From Jimgerdemannia flammicorona (Eukaryota), in contig RBNJ01000004.1 in the NCBI GenBank assembly GCA_003990765.1, positions 1 through 64,000 on the forward strand: a stretch of 64,000 nucleotides of DNA, in the 5' to 3' direction. The notes under the pieces are model-generated. The model had not been told where the DNA came from and ran no database searches. It saw only the letters and a list, made by a program, of their open reading frames with translations. Of this stretch, positions 49,988 through 61,700 are shown in pieces. The translations under genes were made by a program, and so were the position numbers. Numbering within the stretch: position 1 is the first letter of the stretch; each line of letters opens with the position of its first letter.

Positions 49988-52020
49988 TGTAAGTACACAA
50001 CTCCTAAGCTACTGAAATCACACATAACCCTCTGAATAAGCCACCGAAATTACACACAACCTCTGAACAAATCTGGAAATCACCTGCTTAATCACGAAGC
50101 TGAGTCAAACTGAAGTCACAGTACACAAAGCTGAGTCAACATGAAGTACCAATTAGGACCAAATACATATATACTGAGTATAAAGATGTGTCAAAACAGA
50201 GAACCAAAACAAACAATAACCACAACTTCCAAATACACAAACATGACCACTGAGATCTACAACCGCATCCGTACTGACATTTGGAATACTATTGTCAACC
50301 GAGCTACACTCTCTCTGCCCCTCATGAATATCCATAGCCTAGCACCCCTCTACTTCATGGAAGCCCAATGGAATGCCCTGAACATGCTTAATGAGGCCCA
50401 CCGGATTGGACAAATCTCAAGCTACTACTAGATCAGCCACCTCCTGGAAGACATGGTCAAACACCACTATGATACAGATATTACCCAGATATCTCAACAC
50501 CAGAAGCTCATCACCCGCAAACACAGAGAACTCTTTTATGAGTACAGCACCTTTATTCCTCACCTCTGAGTTACTATCAGTGAAATGGTTGCTACCCTGT
50601 CTTATGGCCAAATTGATGACATGATATAAGAACTCAACTACAAGTACCTAGAATATGTCCAGACCACAGACAGAACCTTCCTGCACCCTGATGACCATAT
50701 CTTGCAAATGTCTCAAGTCAGATATACATATCATGAAGGATGTCTACGATATAATCTGATTTGATGAATATGAAGCAGAAGACAATAATCCCTCTGATGC
50801 TGACATGATCTCAAGCTAAGGATCTCTACCAACTCTGATCATGCTGCCAATCTTGCTGATGAACTTACAACAATTCATAACTGTATATGAGACTTATTGG
50901 GACAATGATCACTGATATGAATATCAACCCACATTCACTCTAAATTACTTCAACTATAATGAAGAGATCAGAGAACATAACCTGTACCTTCAGACAACCC
51001 TCAAGACTGAACCAACCACTCTACTACCTGAGCATGAGTGACATGAACCACAGCCACCAGCTTACTACAACCCTGTAACTCATAGTACTATAACCTATAA
51101 AAGGTATGTAGATAGTGAAACTGATGAAAGTGAAGACAATGTATCACTCCTTCACCCACTGATACCTTATCCAGTATACAAGACAGATGATGCTATCCTG
51201 TGGGATGGTGATGAAGTTCCAATATATTACTACCTCAGCCAATAAGGAGAAGTAATCCATGAACTACTCTTCCTGGATAACTACTTCATCAGAAATGATA
51301 TCATTGATAATGATGTCATCGAAGACTACCCAGACAGCATCTAAACCTATAAATAGCTTAGCAGTCATAGAATAGTTAGATTAGTCTTGTATGATGTGAC
51401 TGTGAACTGACTCAGCAGTCAGATGATCTTGACATATCAGATCACACTTGTACTATGTGACTGCATTCCGACTCAGCAAGGCACTTAGTGCTATATCCAT
51501 ATCTAACATAGTCCAGATAGCCCCTCACTAATATAAATATCCCCTCTCCCAGACCTCAGAATCTCAGACCTGAATAATCCGAACACAACTCCTGAGCACT
51601 TCTCCACAATATTCTTTCACACAACTACTCCTAGTATAGCAATATCATGAATAGCAAATAAACCTATTTAATAACCCACAAACTACTCTTAAGTAAATCT
51701 GCTCCCTGTTAGGTCTCACTCCTAACCCCATCACAAAATTTCCTAATTGGATATTGTCTGTAGCTATATGTCAATTCAACTAAGCTGGTCTTAGTTTCTT
51801 GAACTTTCTGAAATATGGAAAATCCTGAATATCTAGAACTAGTCTGGAAAAGGACTTTGGTTGAGATATCAACCCAATCTTAAAATCAATAAGCATAGAG
51901 GATGTACTTCATACAAAATTGATCTTGATCATAAGAAAACAGTCTTCCAGAATATTCAGAACTTCCAGAAAAACCTTCCAGAACTATGTAACAGTTATCC
52001 TAAAAAGCAACTCTCTTACA
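49988..52020 (+). repeat. 3' LTR of B2 with accessory ORF remnant 50243-51344
   Basis: Follows the PPT; TGTAAG...CTCTTACA. Confidence 0.9.
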
Positions 52021-52140
52021 ATTACCCAGATATCTCAACATCAGAAACTCATTGCTTTTTTTTTTTTTTTTTTTTTTTATAGTCCCTTGGACTCCGTCTT
52101 TATTATCAATCTATGAATAAGTATACAATAACACCACCCT

Positions 52141-55100
52141 CTACCCTATCCCCATTGGGGGACCCCTCCCCACCTCTCTATGTATAAAGACCACCCTCTC
52201 ACTAATAACTCCAACTCTCCCACCACTCTGACCACAGATTTTCACCACTAAGCAGCGCCTCCGACCCCCCTGCAGCCCCCAACCAAGCCACCAGCCTGTC
52301 AAGGTATCCTCCATAAGGCACTGCCACTGTGATAACCGGCTCCCCAAGCTCTGTCACCTCCCCTCCTCAAATACAAATAGCCAGTGACTGGCCAGCCCAA
52401 CTCAAATAGCCAACGCCCAGCCTAGAGTAATCCACTACTCCCCTACCCCTCCTATCAATCGATCCCTCAGATCCTCCCACCTCCCCCGTACATCATCACC
52501 CCTATGCCTTACCCCCAAGCGGTCCCCAATGGCCCACCAAAAGTCACCCAATACCTCACACTCCTCAAGCCAATGTTCTGGCATCTGTACAAATTCTCCT
52601 TCCTGCCCTACATTATAGTATTCCTCGCAGTCAAAGCAGCCCCCTACAACAAGGTGACCTGAGCAGAAGTTAAGCATCACATTCCTCCTCAGCACCCACC
52701 ACCAGACCACCCAGTACTTCGGCAGCATCCAATTTTTCACCGCAGCACTCCAGGTCCAAACCCCCTGCCAGTCCCACTCCTCACCAATTCCAACTCCTTG
52801 CCAACTACTAGGCCACAGATCCTGGCCTGGTCCCCTTTGGCATTCGATTCCATCACCAATATTGAACTCCAGTAAAGGCATACCTCCCAGAAGAATGCCA
52901 TCCCATCTCCACATTGCCAGGCCCCAAGCCCTCTCCCCCTCATCTCCTTGCCAGCAAATATCAATGCGGTGTGCCCCCTTGGCTATCCCCAATGAGAAGC
53001 CTTTATATTACAGTTGCCCAGTATTCTGAAGCCCAACTAATGAAAGAAGATCACCAGTCAAGCCTCTTAGTGATGTCCGCCTCTCCCACACCTTCTGCAG
53101 CAGGGGAACCCAGCCCCCTCCATGCAACTCCACCGCCCTCCTAAGCCACCATGCCCTCAAGCAGTGTAGTCTTTTAGGGAAGTCCACCAGCTCAAGACCA
53201 CCTCTCGCCACCAGTAGGGATAGTGTCTCCCAACCAATCTGACTCTGTCTGCCAGCCCAAATCCATCCCTTGGCCACCTTCACCAATCACTTTACCACCC
53301 AGGCTGGGAAGTCCAGATAATAAGCCAAATACCACAGTTTTGGCAGCCAGTATACATTCAAAATCGAGATCCTTCCTGCCAGAGAGAAGTGTCTTCCCCC
53401 CCAACTCCACAGGTCCTCCTCCCAAATTCCAATCCTCTGCTCCCACCACAGCCTGGGCAGAACAGACCCATAGATGGACAAAAATATGCCCAAGTACTGC
53501 ACTGCCTCTCCGGTGGGGACAATTGTTCCAATAACCTCTCTGCCCACCAGTCCATTGTCTAGCACTATCGTTTCACACTTGTGCCAATTCAGCTTCACCC
53601 CAGAGTTCTCCTCATACCACTCCACTGTCTTCTTGAGCTCCTCGACATCTGCAGTTACTCCCAAACTAACCACTATGTCATCTGCAAAGGCTCCAACTTT
53701 CCAGCCAATTCCATAGATAGAAAGCCCCACAATCTTCTGCCGAATTCGGTCCATTAGAGGCTCTAAGGAAAGTGTATACAAAATGGAGGACAGTGGGTCC
53801 CCCTGGGGCACTTCTCTACCCAGAGGGAATGCTACCCCTCTATGCCCATTACACACGAGCGCAGCCCTACTCCTTTCCAGTAGGCTGACCATCACTGCCC
53901 GAAATGAGACTGGAACCCCAATCCTATCCAACACTTTTGCCAGCCAGACTTGCTGCACTCGGTCATAAGCCTTCTCCTGGTCTAAGAAGACAAGACACCC
54001 ATCCAGTCCACAGGCTCGAGCACTCTCAATAACACCATGTACCCAGGCTGTGCCATCTCGAATAAGCTGACCCCCTATGAAGCCCCTCTGCTCAACACCC
54101 ACAATTTGCTGGGCCATCTTCTGCAGCCTTGCGACCACCACCTTAGTCACTAACTTTCTGTCCATATCTAGCAACATTATTGGCTGCCAGTTTTTCCAAT
54201 CCTCTTGCCTTCCCTTGTTCTTATAAAGCAGCATCATCAGCCCAAGATCCTGCTCCCCCACCCATCTCCCTGACTGCAATATGGAGTCACATAGTGCTGT
54301 CAACTCTCCCAATATGCCCGGGACTCCAACCATTCGCTTCCAGAAGTCCCAGGGGAGGCCATCCTCCCCAGGCGCCATACCTGAGGCTGTTGCGGCAAGA
54401 ACCTGATGGATCTCGTCCTCTGTTACAGGCATCACCAGGTCACCTAATCCCTCAGCTCATGGAGGGCGCCAATCTTCTAATGTTTGTTCAATGGCTGTAG
54501 CATCTGCCCCACCCTCCTCCTCACTCCATAATCCACTCCATCATGTCTTCAGTATTCCAAGGATATCCTGTACACTATGCACTAGTCTACCCTCTGAGTC
54601 AAGTACCCCTTCCCACCACTGCTGTACCCTTCTCACTCAAAGTGTCCTCATAAGAAACTTGGAAGGCCTCTCCCCTTCCTTTAGCCCCTGCCAACGAAGC
54701 TGCGCCACCAGGCCTTGCACCCTTGACTCTTCCTCTTCCCACAGCACCTGTTGTAGTTCCCCAACCTCTATCTTCACTCTTGTTATTCTCCAATCCTCTT
54801 CTCTCTCTACTACTGTCAGACTCGCCCACTCCTCCAGAAGTCTAGCCAATCTAGTAGAAGCCCAATGCACTCTCTGCCTTCGCTGCCTCCCAGCCACTCT
54901 GCCAGCCTTGCTCCAATACATCCTGGCCATCTCTTTCATCCTCCTCCACTGAACCCCAATTGTGGCCCCTTCCTGCCGCCAATTTACCATCTTCATCTGA
55001 ATGTCATTTGCCCACTCCTTCCACCGGGACTCATCATCCAACAAAGAGGAATTCAGGTGCCAATGTCCAGGCTCATCACTACTTCCCCCAAAACACCCCT

Positions 55101-55797
55101 GTTCCAAAAGGCCCCAGTGGTCTGACCATGGACACCATTCTACCTCTAGCACCTTCCAAACGTCGCGGCCCCAACAGTTGGCTATCAGAATCCAGTTAAT
55201 CCTTGTCCCCAGGCCTCCAGCCCAATGTGTATATACCCTCCTGTCCCCCCAGTATTCCCTACCAGCATCCACCAGCACTCCTAGTCTTTCAACCTCCTCC
55301 CACATCACCAGCCCCCCACTCCTGCTCTCAGCACCCCGTCCTCCATCAGTTCTATCCAGCCATACATCCCAAACCATATTGAAATTGCCTCCAAGTATAT
55401 CCAACCCAGCTTCAGCAAGGATCCCACTCTCCAGGAGCCCTTTCACCCAATCCACATACTCCCCCCACACAGCAGAGCAGTAACAGGAGCCAACTGTAAC
55501 TGGCTCCCAACCTGCACGAATCCACTCACCCCAGACCAGTCTCTCCTCCCAGCTCCTCACATTCTGTATCTCCCCTCTGCCTTTCCGAATCAGAATCCCA
55601 ACCTTGCTGTTCCAAATTGCCATGCCACCCCATTCCTTAGTCCATTCCATCCTATCAGAATCATCCTTGCACCTGACATCCTGCAAGAGGAAGAGATCGG
55701 CCTCCAATCCCTTCAACCAAATAAAAATGTTCCTACATCTAACTGTGCCCCTTAGCCCATTTACATTTAAAGAAAAAATGTTGGTTGTACTGTTCAT
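52141..55797 (-). pseudogene. LINE ORF2: AP endonuclease, reverse transcriptase, C-terminal Cys/His region; a few stops and frameshifts
   Basis: SLNVNGL, LLQD, ILGGNFN and SDH (APE motifs); APGEDGLP, FLDQEKAYDRV, PQGDPLS, AFADD and YLG (RT motifs). Confidence 0.9.
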
Positions 55798-55829
55798 AAT
55801 AAAATATGGTTTGTTTGCAATCAATTCTT

Positions 55830-57843
55830 ACTGCTCTATGCCCATCTCCTCCTGTGCCATGTCCAGATTGTATTCAGCCATCACCTCCTCCTCTTCAGCC
55901 CTCTGAGCCTCCAGTCCAGCCAATAGCTCATTCATCTCCTCATCAGCCTTCTCCTCAAACTCCTCTCTGTACTTGATGCAAGCCTCCTGCCAAAGCTACA
56001 ACCTATGACGCCTGTTCCAACAGTACTCAGCCTTCTCCCCAGCGACAACCGCCAACTCTGCCTCCCTCTCCTTGTCCACCTCATACCCTTCCTCCTTTAG
56101 ATACACCGCAAGAATTTCCGCCTTCAGTGCCATCGCCACTCCTTCCCCCTGCAAAATTCTCGCCCAGTGCTCATCACCCATTCCACACAAGTCCACCTCC
56201 CCCAGCTCTTCTGCCGCCAGGTTGTTTATCATCCAGCACATCCAAAGTAGGTTCCCCACCTCCTTCCCACCAGGGGTCGCTGGCCTCCCTCTGTCCAGCA
56301 TTGTGGTGTCAGCTCCAGCACTCACATCCTCATCCCATACCTCTGGGACATCCTCCCTGGCCGCCACTACCTGGTCCCCATCCAATACCTCCGGAATGCT
56401 GAATTTCACCTGCTGGGTCCCCAGCATCATCACATCCTCCCCAGATTTGTTCCTGGAAGCTGGGCCATGCCTGATAAGAGGAGAAGGGGTGGGGGAGTTC
56501 TCCCAGACTTCCTCCCAAACCTCCAAGGTGCCATCTGCATATGGGTTGCTAATCATCACCTCCTTTGCCTTCCCTGTCATTGCCCCATCATTCCCACTTC
56601 TCTCACCAGCCCAGACACTCGCTCTGGCCCCTTCTGCACCCATCTTCATGCTCGCATTCTTCTGTGGTCCATCCCCCAGTTTAGCCAGCAGATCCTTCTG
56701 CCTCTTCTGCCCCTGAGCCCTTTCCCACTGCACCTTGTCTACTTGAATTCTCTTCCCATCCACTATCTCCAGGTGTGCCGACTCCTCGAAAGTCTTCTAG
56801 GCCTTAGCACACCATTCCACAGCCCCATCCAGCTCCTCCAGTGCTTCCAATAAATCCTCCTCCTCTTCTTCACTTCCTTTCACCCATGTCACCTTGTACA
56901 GGAATGCACCCCAAACCATCGCCGAAGGCCAGTCTCTTGTCTTCTCAGTAGCCTCTTTTCTGACCAGCCGAATCCTCACATCCATGTCCCCAGTCCTGAG
57001 TGTGGTCCCTTCCCAGACCCTGAATCTGATATCTACCACCTTGCCATACTCCGCCATGACATCCTCCACTCTCTTCCTCATCTCCATCGCCATCACCATG
57101 GGGACTCCTTTCACCAGCAGTTGGACCACCCTTGGATCTCATTTCAAACACCTCGCCATCAGAACACACATCTCTCCAACCACCAGCCCAACCCTCAGTG
57201 CCTCCTCCAGTGGTTCAACCTCCTCAAAACCCACCTCAACCCCCTCCAGTCCCTTCAGGAACTTCACCAAAGCCGCTCCAGCCACCTGCTTAGTAATAAG
57301 CCCCAACACTATTTTCACTGTCACTGCTAAGCCCCGGAAACACAGCATGACTGCGAATGCCGAGATTGACTTCTTGAGTAACAGAGCCACCACCAGTCCC
57401 ATTACACCATCTGCCAGGTCCCCAGGCCTTGTGCCCTTCCCACCATTCAGCTCACCATCAGCAGTCCCATCTAGATTTTTTTCCAGATTGCCCATCACAC
57501 CCCCATCAGCAGTCCCCGCCCCAGCCGCTACCCCCTCAGCTCTACCCCTATGGCCCTCCAGAGAGGTACCCCCAAGAGGTTGCTGCCTGGCAGCCTTCAT
57601 CGGTACCTTCTCCCCTCGCAGCCAGCTCTCCAGTCTAGCCCCTTGCTGACCCCCCTTCACCTTCTCTGCAAAGCTCACCCTGCCAGACCCTTGCCCTCCA
57701 GCTCTACCCCCTCCTCCACCATGGCCTCCCACCAGCAGGCCCCTCATACTTTCCCCCAAGCCAGGGCCCCTCCCCACTTGCTGCCATTCAAATGCTCCAG
57801 GGCCACCCTGCCCAGTATGCACCTCCGGATACTCATTGGTCAC
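55830..57843 (-). pseudogene. LINE ORF1 (RRM-like nucleic-acid-binding protein), interrupted
   Basis: ORF pieces 57139-57843, 56797-57129 and 55996-56763. LLVKGVP...EYGKVVDIR...LRTGD is typical of L1/Tx1-like ORF1. Start codon uncertain. Confidence 0.7.
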
Positions 57844-58759
57844 TATAATGTTAGTAGCTTTTCTCCAGAAACTGTGTTAAAAGTGTTGCCAAAGATTGTG
57901 TAACCTGAATGTTACCAGAGAAAGGTGTCAGAAACTCATTGCTTGTAAATACTGAGAACTCTTTTATAAGTATAGTATATCTCTGAGTTACTATTGCTGA
58001 AATATTTGCTACTCTGTTTTATGACCAAGTTGATGACATAGTATAAGAACTCAATCACAAGTATATTAAGTATATTTAAACTATAGACAGAACCTTCTCA
58101 CACCCTGATGACCACACCAATAAATGTCCCAAATTAGATATATTATAAAGGATATCTATAATATAATTTAGTTTGATAATAATGAAGCAAAAGATAATAA
58201 TTTCTCTGATACTGACATGACCTCCAGCCAAGAATCCTTACTAACTCTGATCACTCTGCCAACCTTATTAATAAACTTACAATAGTTCATAACTATCTAT
58301 AAGACCTATTGAGATAATGACCACTGGTATAAGTATTAATCTGCATTCACCCTAACTACTTCAACTATAATGAAAAGACTAGAGAATAAAACCTATATCT
58401 CCAGACAACTCTCAAGATTGAACTGACCACTCTACCTTCTGAATATGAATGAAACAAGCAATAGCTATCAGTATACTACAATCTTGCAACTTATAATGCT
58501 ATAACCTATAGAATATATATAGACAGCAAATCTGATGAAAGTGAAGATAATACACCTCTCCTTTACTCACCAACTCCTTACCCAGTATATGAGACAGATG
58601 ATGCTATCCTGTAGGATAGTGATGAGGTTTCAATATATTATTATCTGAGTAAACAGAGAGAAGTAATCTGAGAACTACTCTTTTGAGATAACTACTTCAT
58701 CAGAGATAATATCATTAATAGTAATATTATCAAAGACTATCTAGACAGTATCTAAATTT

Positions 58760-61700
58760 TATAATGGTGATCTCAGAATAATGACATCATCACAGGAGAT
58801 AGTCTTTCCTTATAATTCACTAGATCAGAATATAAAAAGATCATACAGCATAACTTACCCAGGCTACAAAATAAGTAATAATGACAAACCATGAGTTATT
58901 GTGGTCACAAAACAGATATCTTGAGAAATATAAAAGAAGAATCAAGAAACTGCAATAGCAGTAACTCAAATAAGGCTTACAGAAATAGTTCAAAAGACTT
59001 ACTATAATCAAAATACCTACCCCTCACCAAACCTCAAGGTCTGGGAACCACTAAGACCCCTTAGTCTAGAAAAGTATGTTCTAAGATATCAGAAGAGCCA
59101 TGAAGACCCAGTTCTAGCCTCAATCTGGATACTGGTGACTCTTATCACTATATTCTCTACTGCTATGAAAAATAAGAATCACTATTACTATTGAATATCT
59201 CTAGATATGGTAGAAATATGAAATAGGAAACCTCCTCTGCTGGGAATTCTCTCAGATCAGTCTCCAAGAGATACAAGATACCACTTCTATAGATACACAT
59301 AAAATAAGAATAGCTAAGAAGATTTATTAGATCTTCAGACATATACTATAGTCAATTCCAATCTTAGAGTATACTAGAATCTCAGACTCCAAGGAATTGT
59401 AAGTCCACTATATCAATATACTGGAGGCTATAGTGGCTACAGAAGCCCAGTCTACTATTACTCTTAATAGTGATGAAGTAGAAGAGTTCTGGAATCCTAT
59501 CCTCCAGGACAATCCAGACCAATTTCTACAAGGATTGATCTCAGAATTCCAAGGCTCCAGCATTTAAGTTAGATCTCCCTAAGACCCCATATTTGTTTCT
59601 TATTTTGTAGAAGAAAATTTTATAGATTAGAGAGCCCCCACTGCTACTAAACAAGATGATGTCATCTATAATAACATTATTGATAATAATATCATCTTAC
59701 TAATTGGTAACATATGCAAAATATGTGAAATAGATAAAATGTTTGCCAACCTCATTTCCTTTGAAGACATCCTATCCCCAACCTCTAGCTTTGATAATAG
59801 TAATAAGAATGAAGCCTCTATGGTTCTGAACATTCTGCTTTAAGTTCTTGATAATACTAAAATCTTCTGGTATCTTTTTCTATAACACTAAAATTTACTA
59901 GCAATCTGAACTTGTATAACTATTTGTATAGATACTTGAATTTGTACTTACAACTGAAGTTTTCTATATTCCAGTATTTTATTTAGTTATTAGAATTTAT
60001 ATTTAGGTTTATATCTTAGTAATTATTGAATTATATTTTGTATAAATATCTCTCTTATTTCCTTTGAAATAAAGTCAGTCAAGTTCACTTATACTTAATT
60101 CTATACAAGTAATCTAAAAAATAATAAGACAGTTTTAAAATAAGAAGTTTGAGGACTATAAGACCTTGAGAAGATACTCCAATAAGAACTTGCTTATAAC
60201 AAACTTGTGATTAATCTAAGAGATATACCTTGGAGAGAATCTGATATATTTGAATCACTATGTGATAACTTGATACCCATTGGCTGGTGATTTAAGATGA
60301 ATCTCTTACTTTTAAGCTGAAAAATGAATTATCACCATAATAACTACCCTGACTACAAGAGTCACCCCTGTAAGAATTCAAGATAAGATGGAAATGCATC
60401 TCCCCACATTCTATAGATATACTATTGAAGAGTCAATCCTGATCTTCATTGAAAACTTTGAACAATTTGCCACCATATGAGCCCTCAATATTAATGTACA
60501 ATTGGCCCTTCTACTAGTTAGCCTCAGAGGACCTACCAGAGACAAGTTCAATATAGTCACTATTGCTGATACTAGTACAGCCAAACTTGCCAACATAAAG
60601 ACCTTTCTCAGAACTATATACTATACTGAAGATATCAAGCAAGCTCTCAAGAATCAACTCAAAACTATTTGTCAAGAACTTAGTAAAGACTCCAACTCAT
60701 TCTATACCTAAATCTGCTACCAGATTGTCTTAGCTAGCTATGATGATACTCTTAAGGAATAAATAGCTAATTTAACCTTCTTTAAAGAAATTCACCCTAA
60801 AATTGCCCTCACAATCTGGTCTACCCCAGCTACTCTGACTCTTGACCAGAAAGTGGTCTTTGTATAGAGATATTGAACTATCAGACACCCTGCTGAATAC
60901 TCAATAGAGAAAATAACTGGTATCAAGATAGAGCTACAAAAACTAACCAGTATCATATCTACCATAGTCATAAACAGATAACTATTCCCACCTACCCCCA
61001 AGGTAGCCAAAGCTAACTCAGTGAAGGAACTCACCAAGTAGTTTACCAAGATAACTATATACCTTAGTGATGTTGTTAGAGAAGTCCAAAGTGCCAACAG
61101 GAGACCAGTACAGAGATTTACAGTTGTTATAGAAGAATGCAATATTATATACTTCAAATATAAAGAAGAAGATTACTATACAAAGAGTTGTATAACTAAA
61201 ATAAGATGCAAAGTCCAATCAAGCAATACTACCAGAACTAGAAAATAAATTAATATGGTAGTTATCAAGGAGATTGGTGACACTGATGATGAAGAATACT
61301 ATGAAGAGTCTAAATTCTACCCTATTACTAAAGATACTAGAACCCAGTCCAAGCTCTATGATAAGAAGGGCAATAGTAAGCCAGTTAGAAGACCAAAGAA
61401 GACACCAGCTGTCACTATTTAAAGTAAGACCCAACTCAAGGAAATTGATCAAAACATAGAGTTAGATAAAGCTACCCATCAAATCATTAAAAGTACTACT
61501 CTAGTCTTAGGAGAAAGCAAGAGCAAGAAAGAATAGAAGCTGTATATGATAAAGATTCACTAGTATAATATCTACAAGAATCTCAAAGAACAGAAGGTCA
61601 ATGCTACTTTTGGATAACTAGCTGAAGTCTCTACCTTCAGATAATAGTTAAGAGTAGAACTTACAACCACTATTAAGAACTAAGAGTACAAGATCATAGA

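Larger units (their letters stand above)
34358..52020 (+). mobile_element. Full-length chromovirus-type Ty3/Gypsy element B2 with 5 bp TSD, interrupted by element C
   Basis: TSD ATTAC at 34353-34357 and 52021-52025. LTRs 34358-36420 and 49988-52020, PBS TGGTAGCAGCAG at 36424, PPT AAGAAGGGGAGAG at 49974-49986. Confidence 0.93.
52056..57927 (-). mobile_element. Apparently full-length LINE (L1/Tx1-like, APE endonuclease plus RT)
   Basis: Poly(T) from 52056. TSD TCAGAAACTCATTGC at 52041-52055 and 57928-57942. Two ORFs; purine-rich coding strand. Confidence 0.92.
25379..58759 (+). mobile_element. Chromovirus-type Ty3/Gypsy element B1; its 3' LTR is split by B2, a LINE and A2
   Basis: 5' LTR 25379-27431, degenerate PBS, internal region 27432-33904, PPT at about 33891-33904. 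3' LTR pieces are 33905-34357, 52021-52055 and 57928-58759. Confidence 0.88.

Noticed and set aside
52900-57903. Many plus-strand Ser/Pro-rich ORFs
   Set aside because: Antisense to the purine-rich LINE ORFs, with no recognisable domains.
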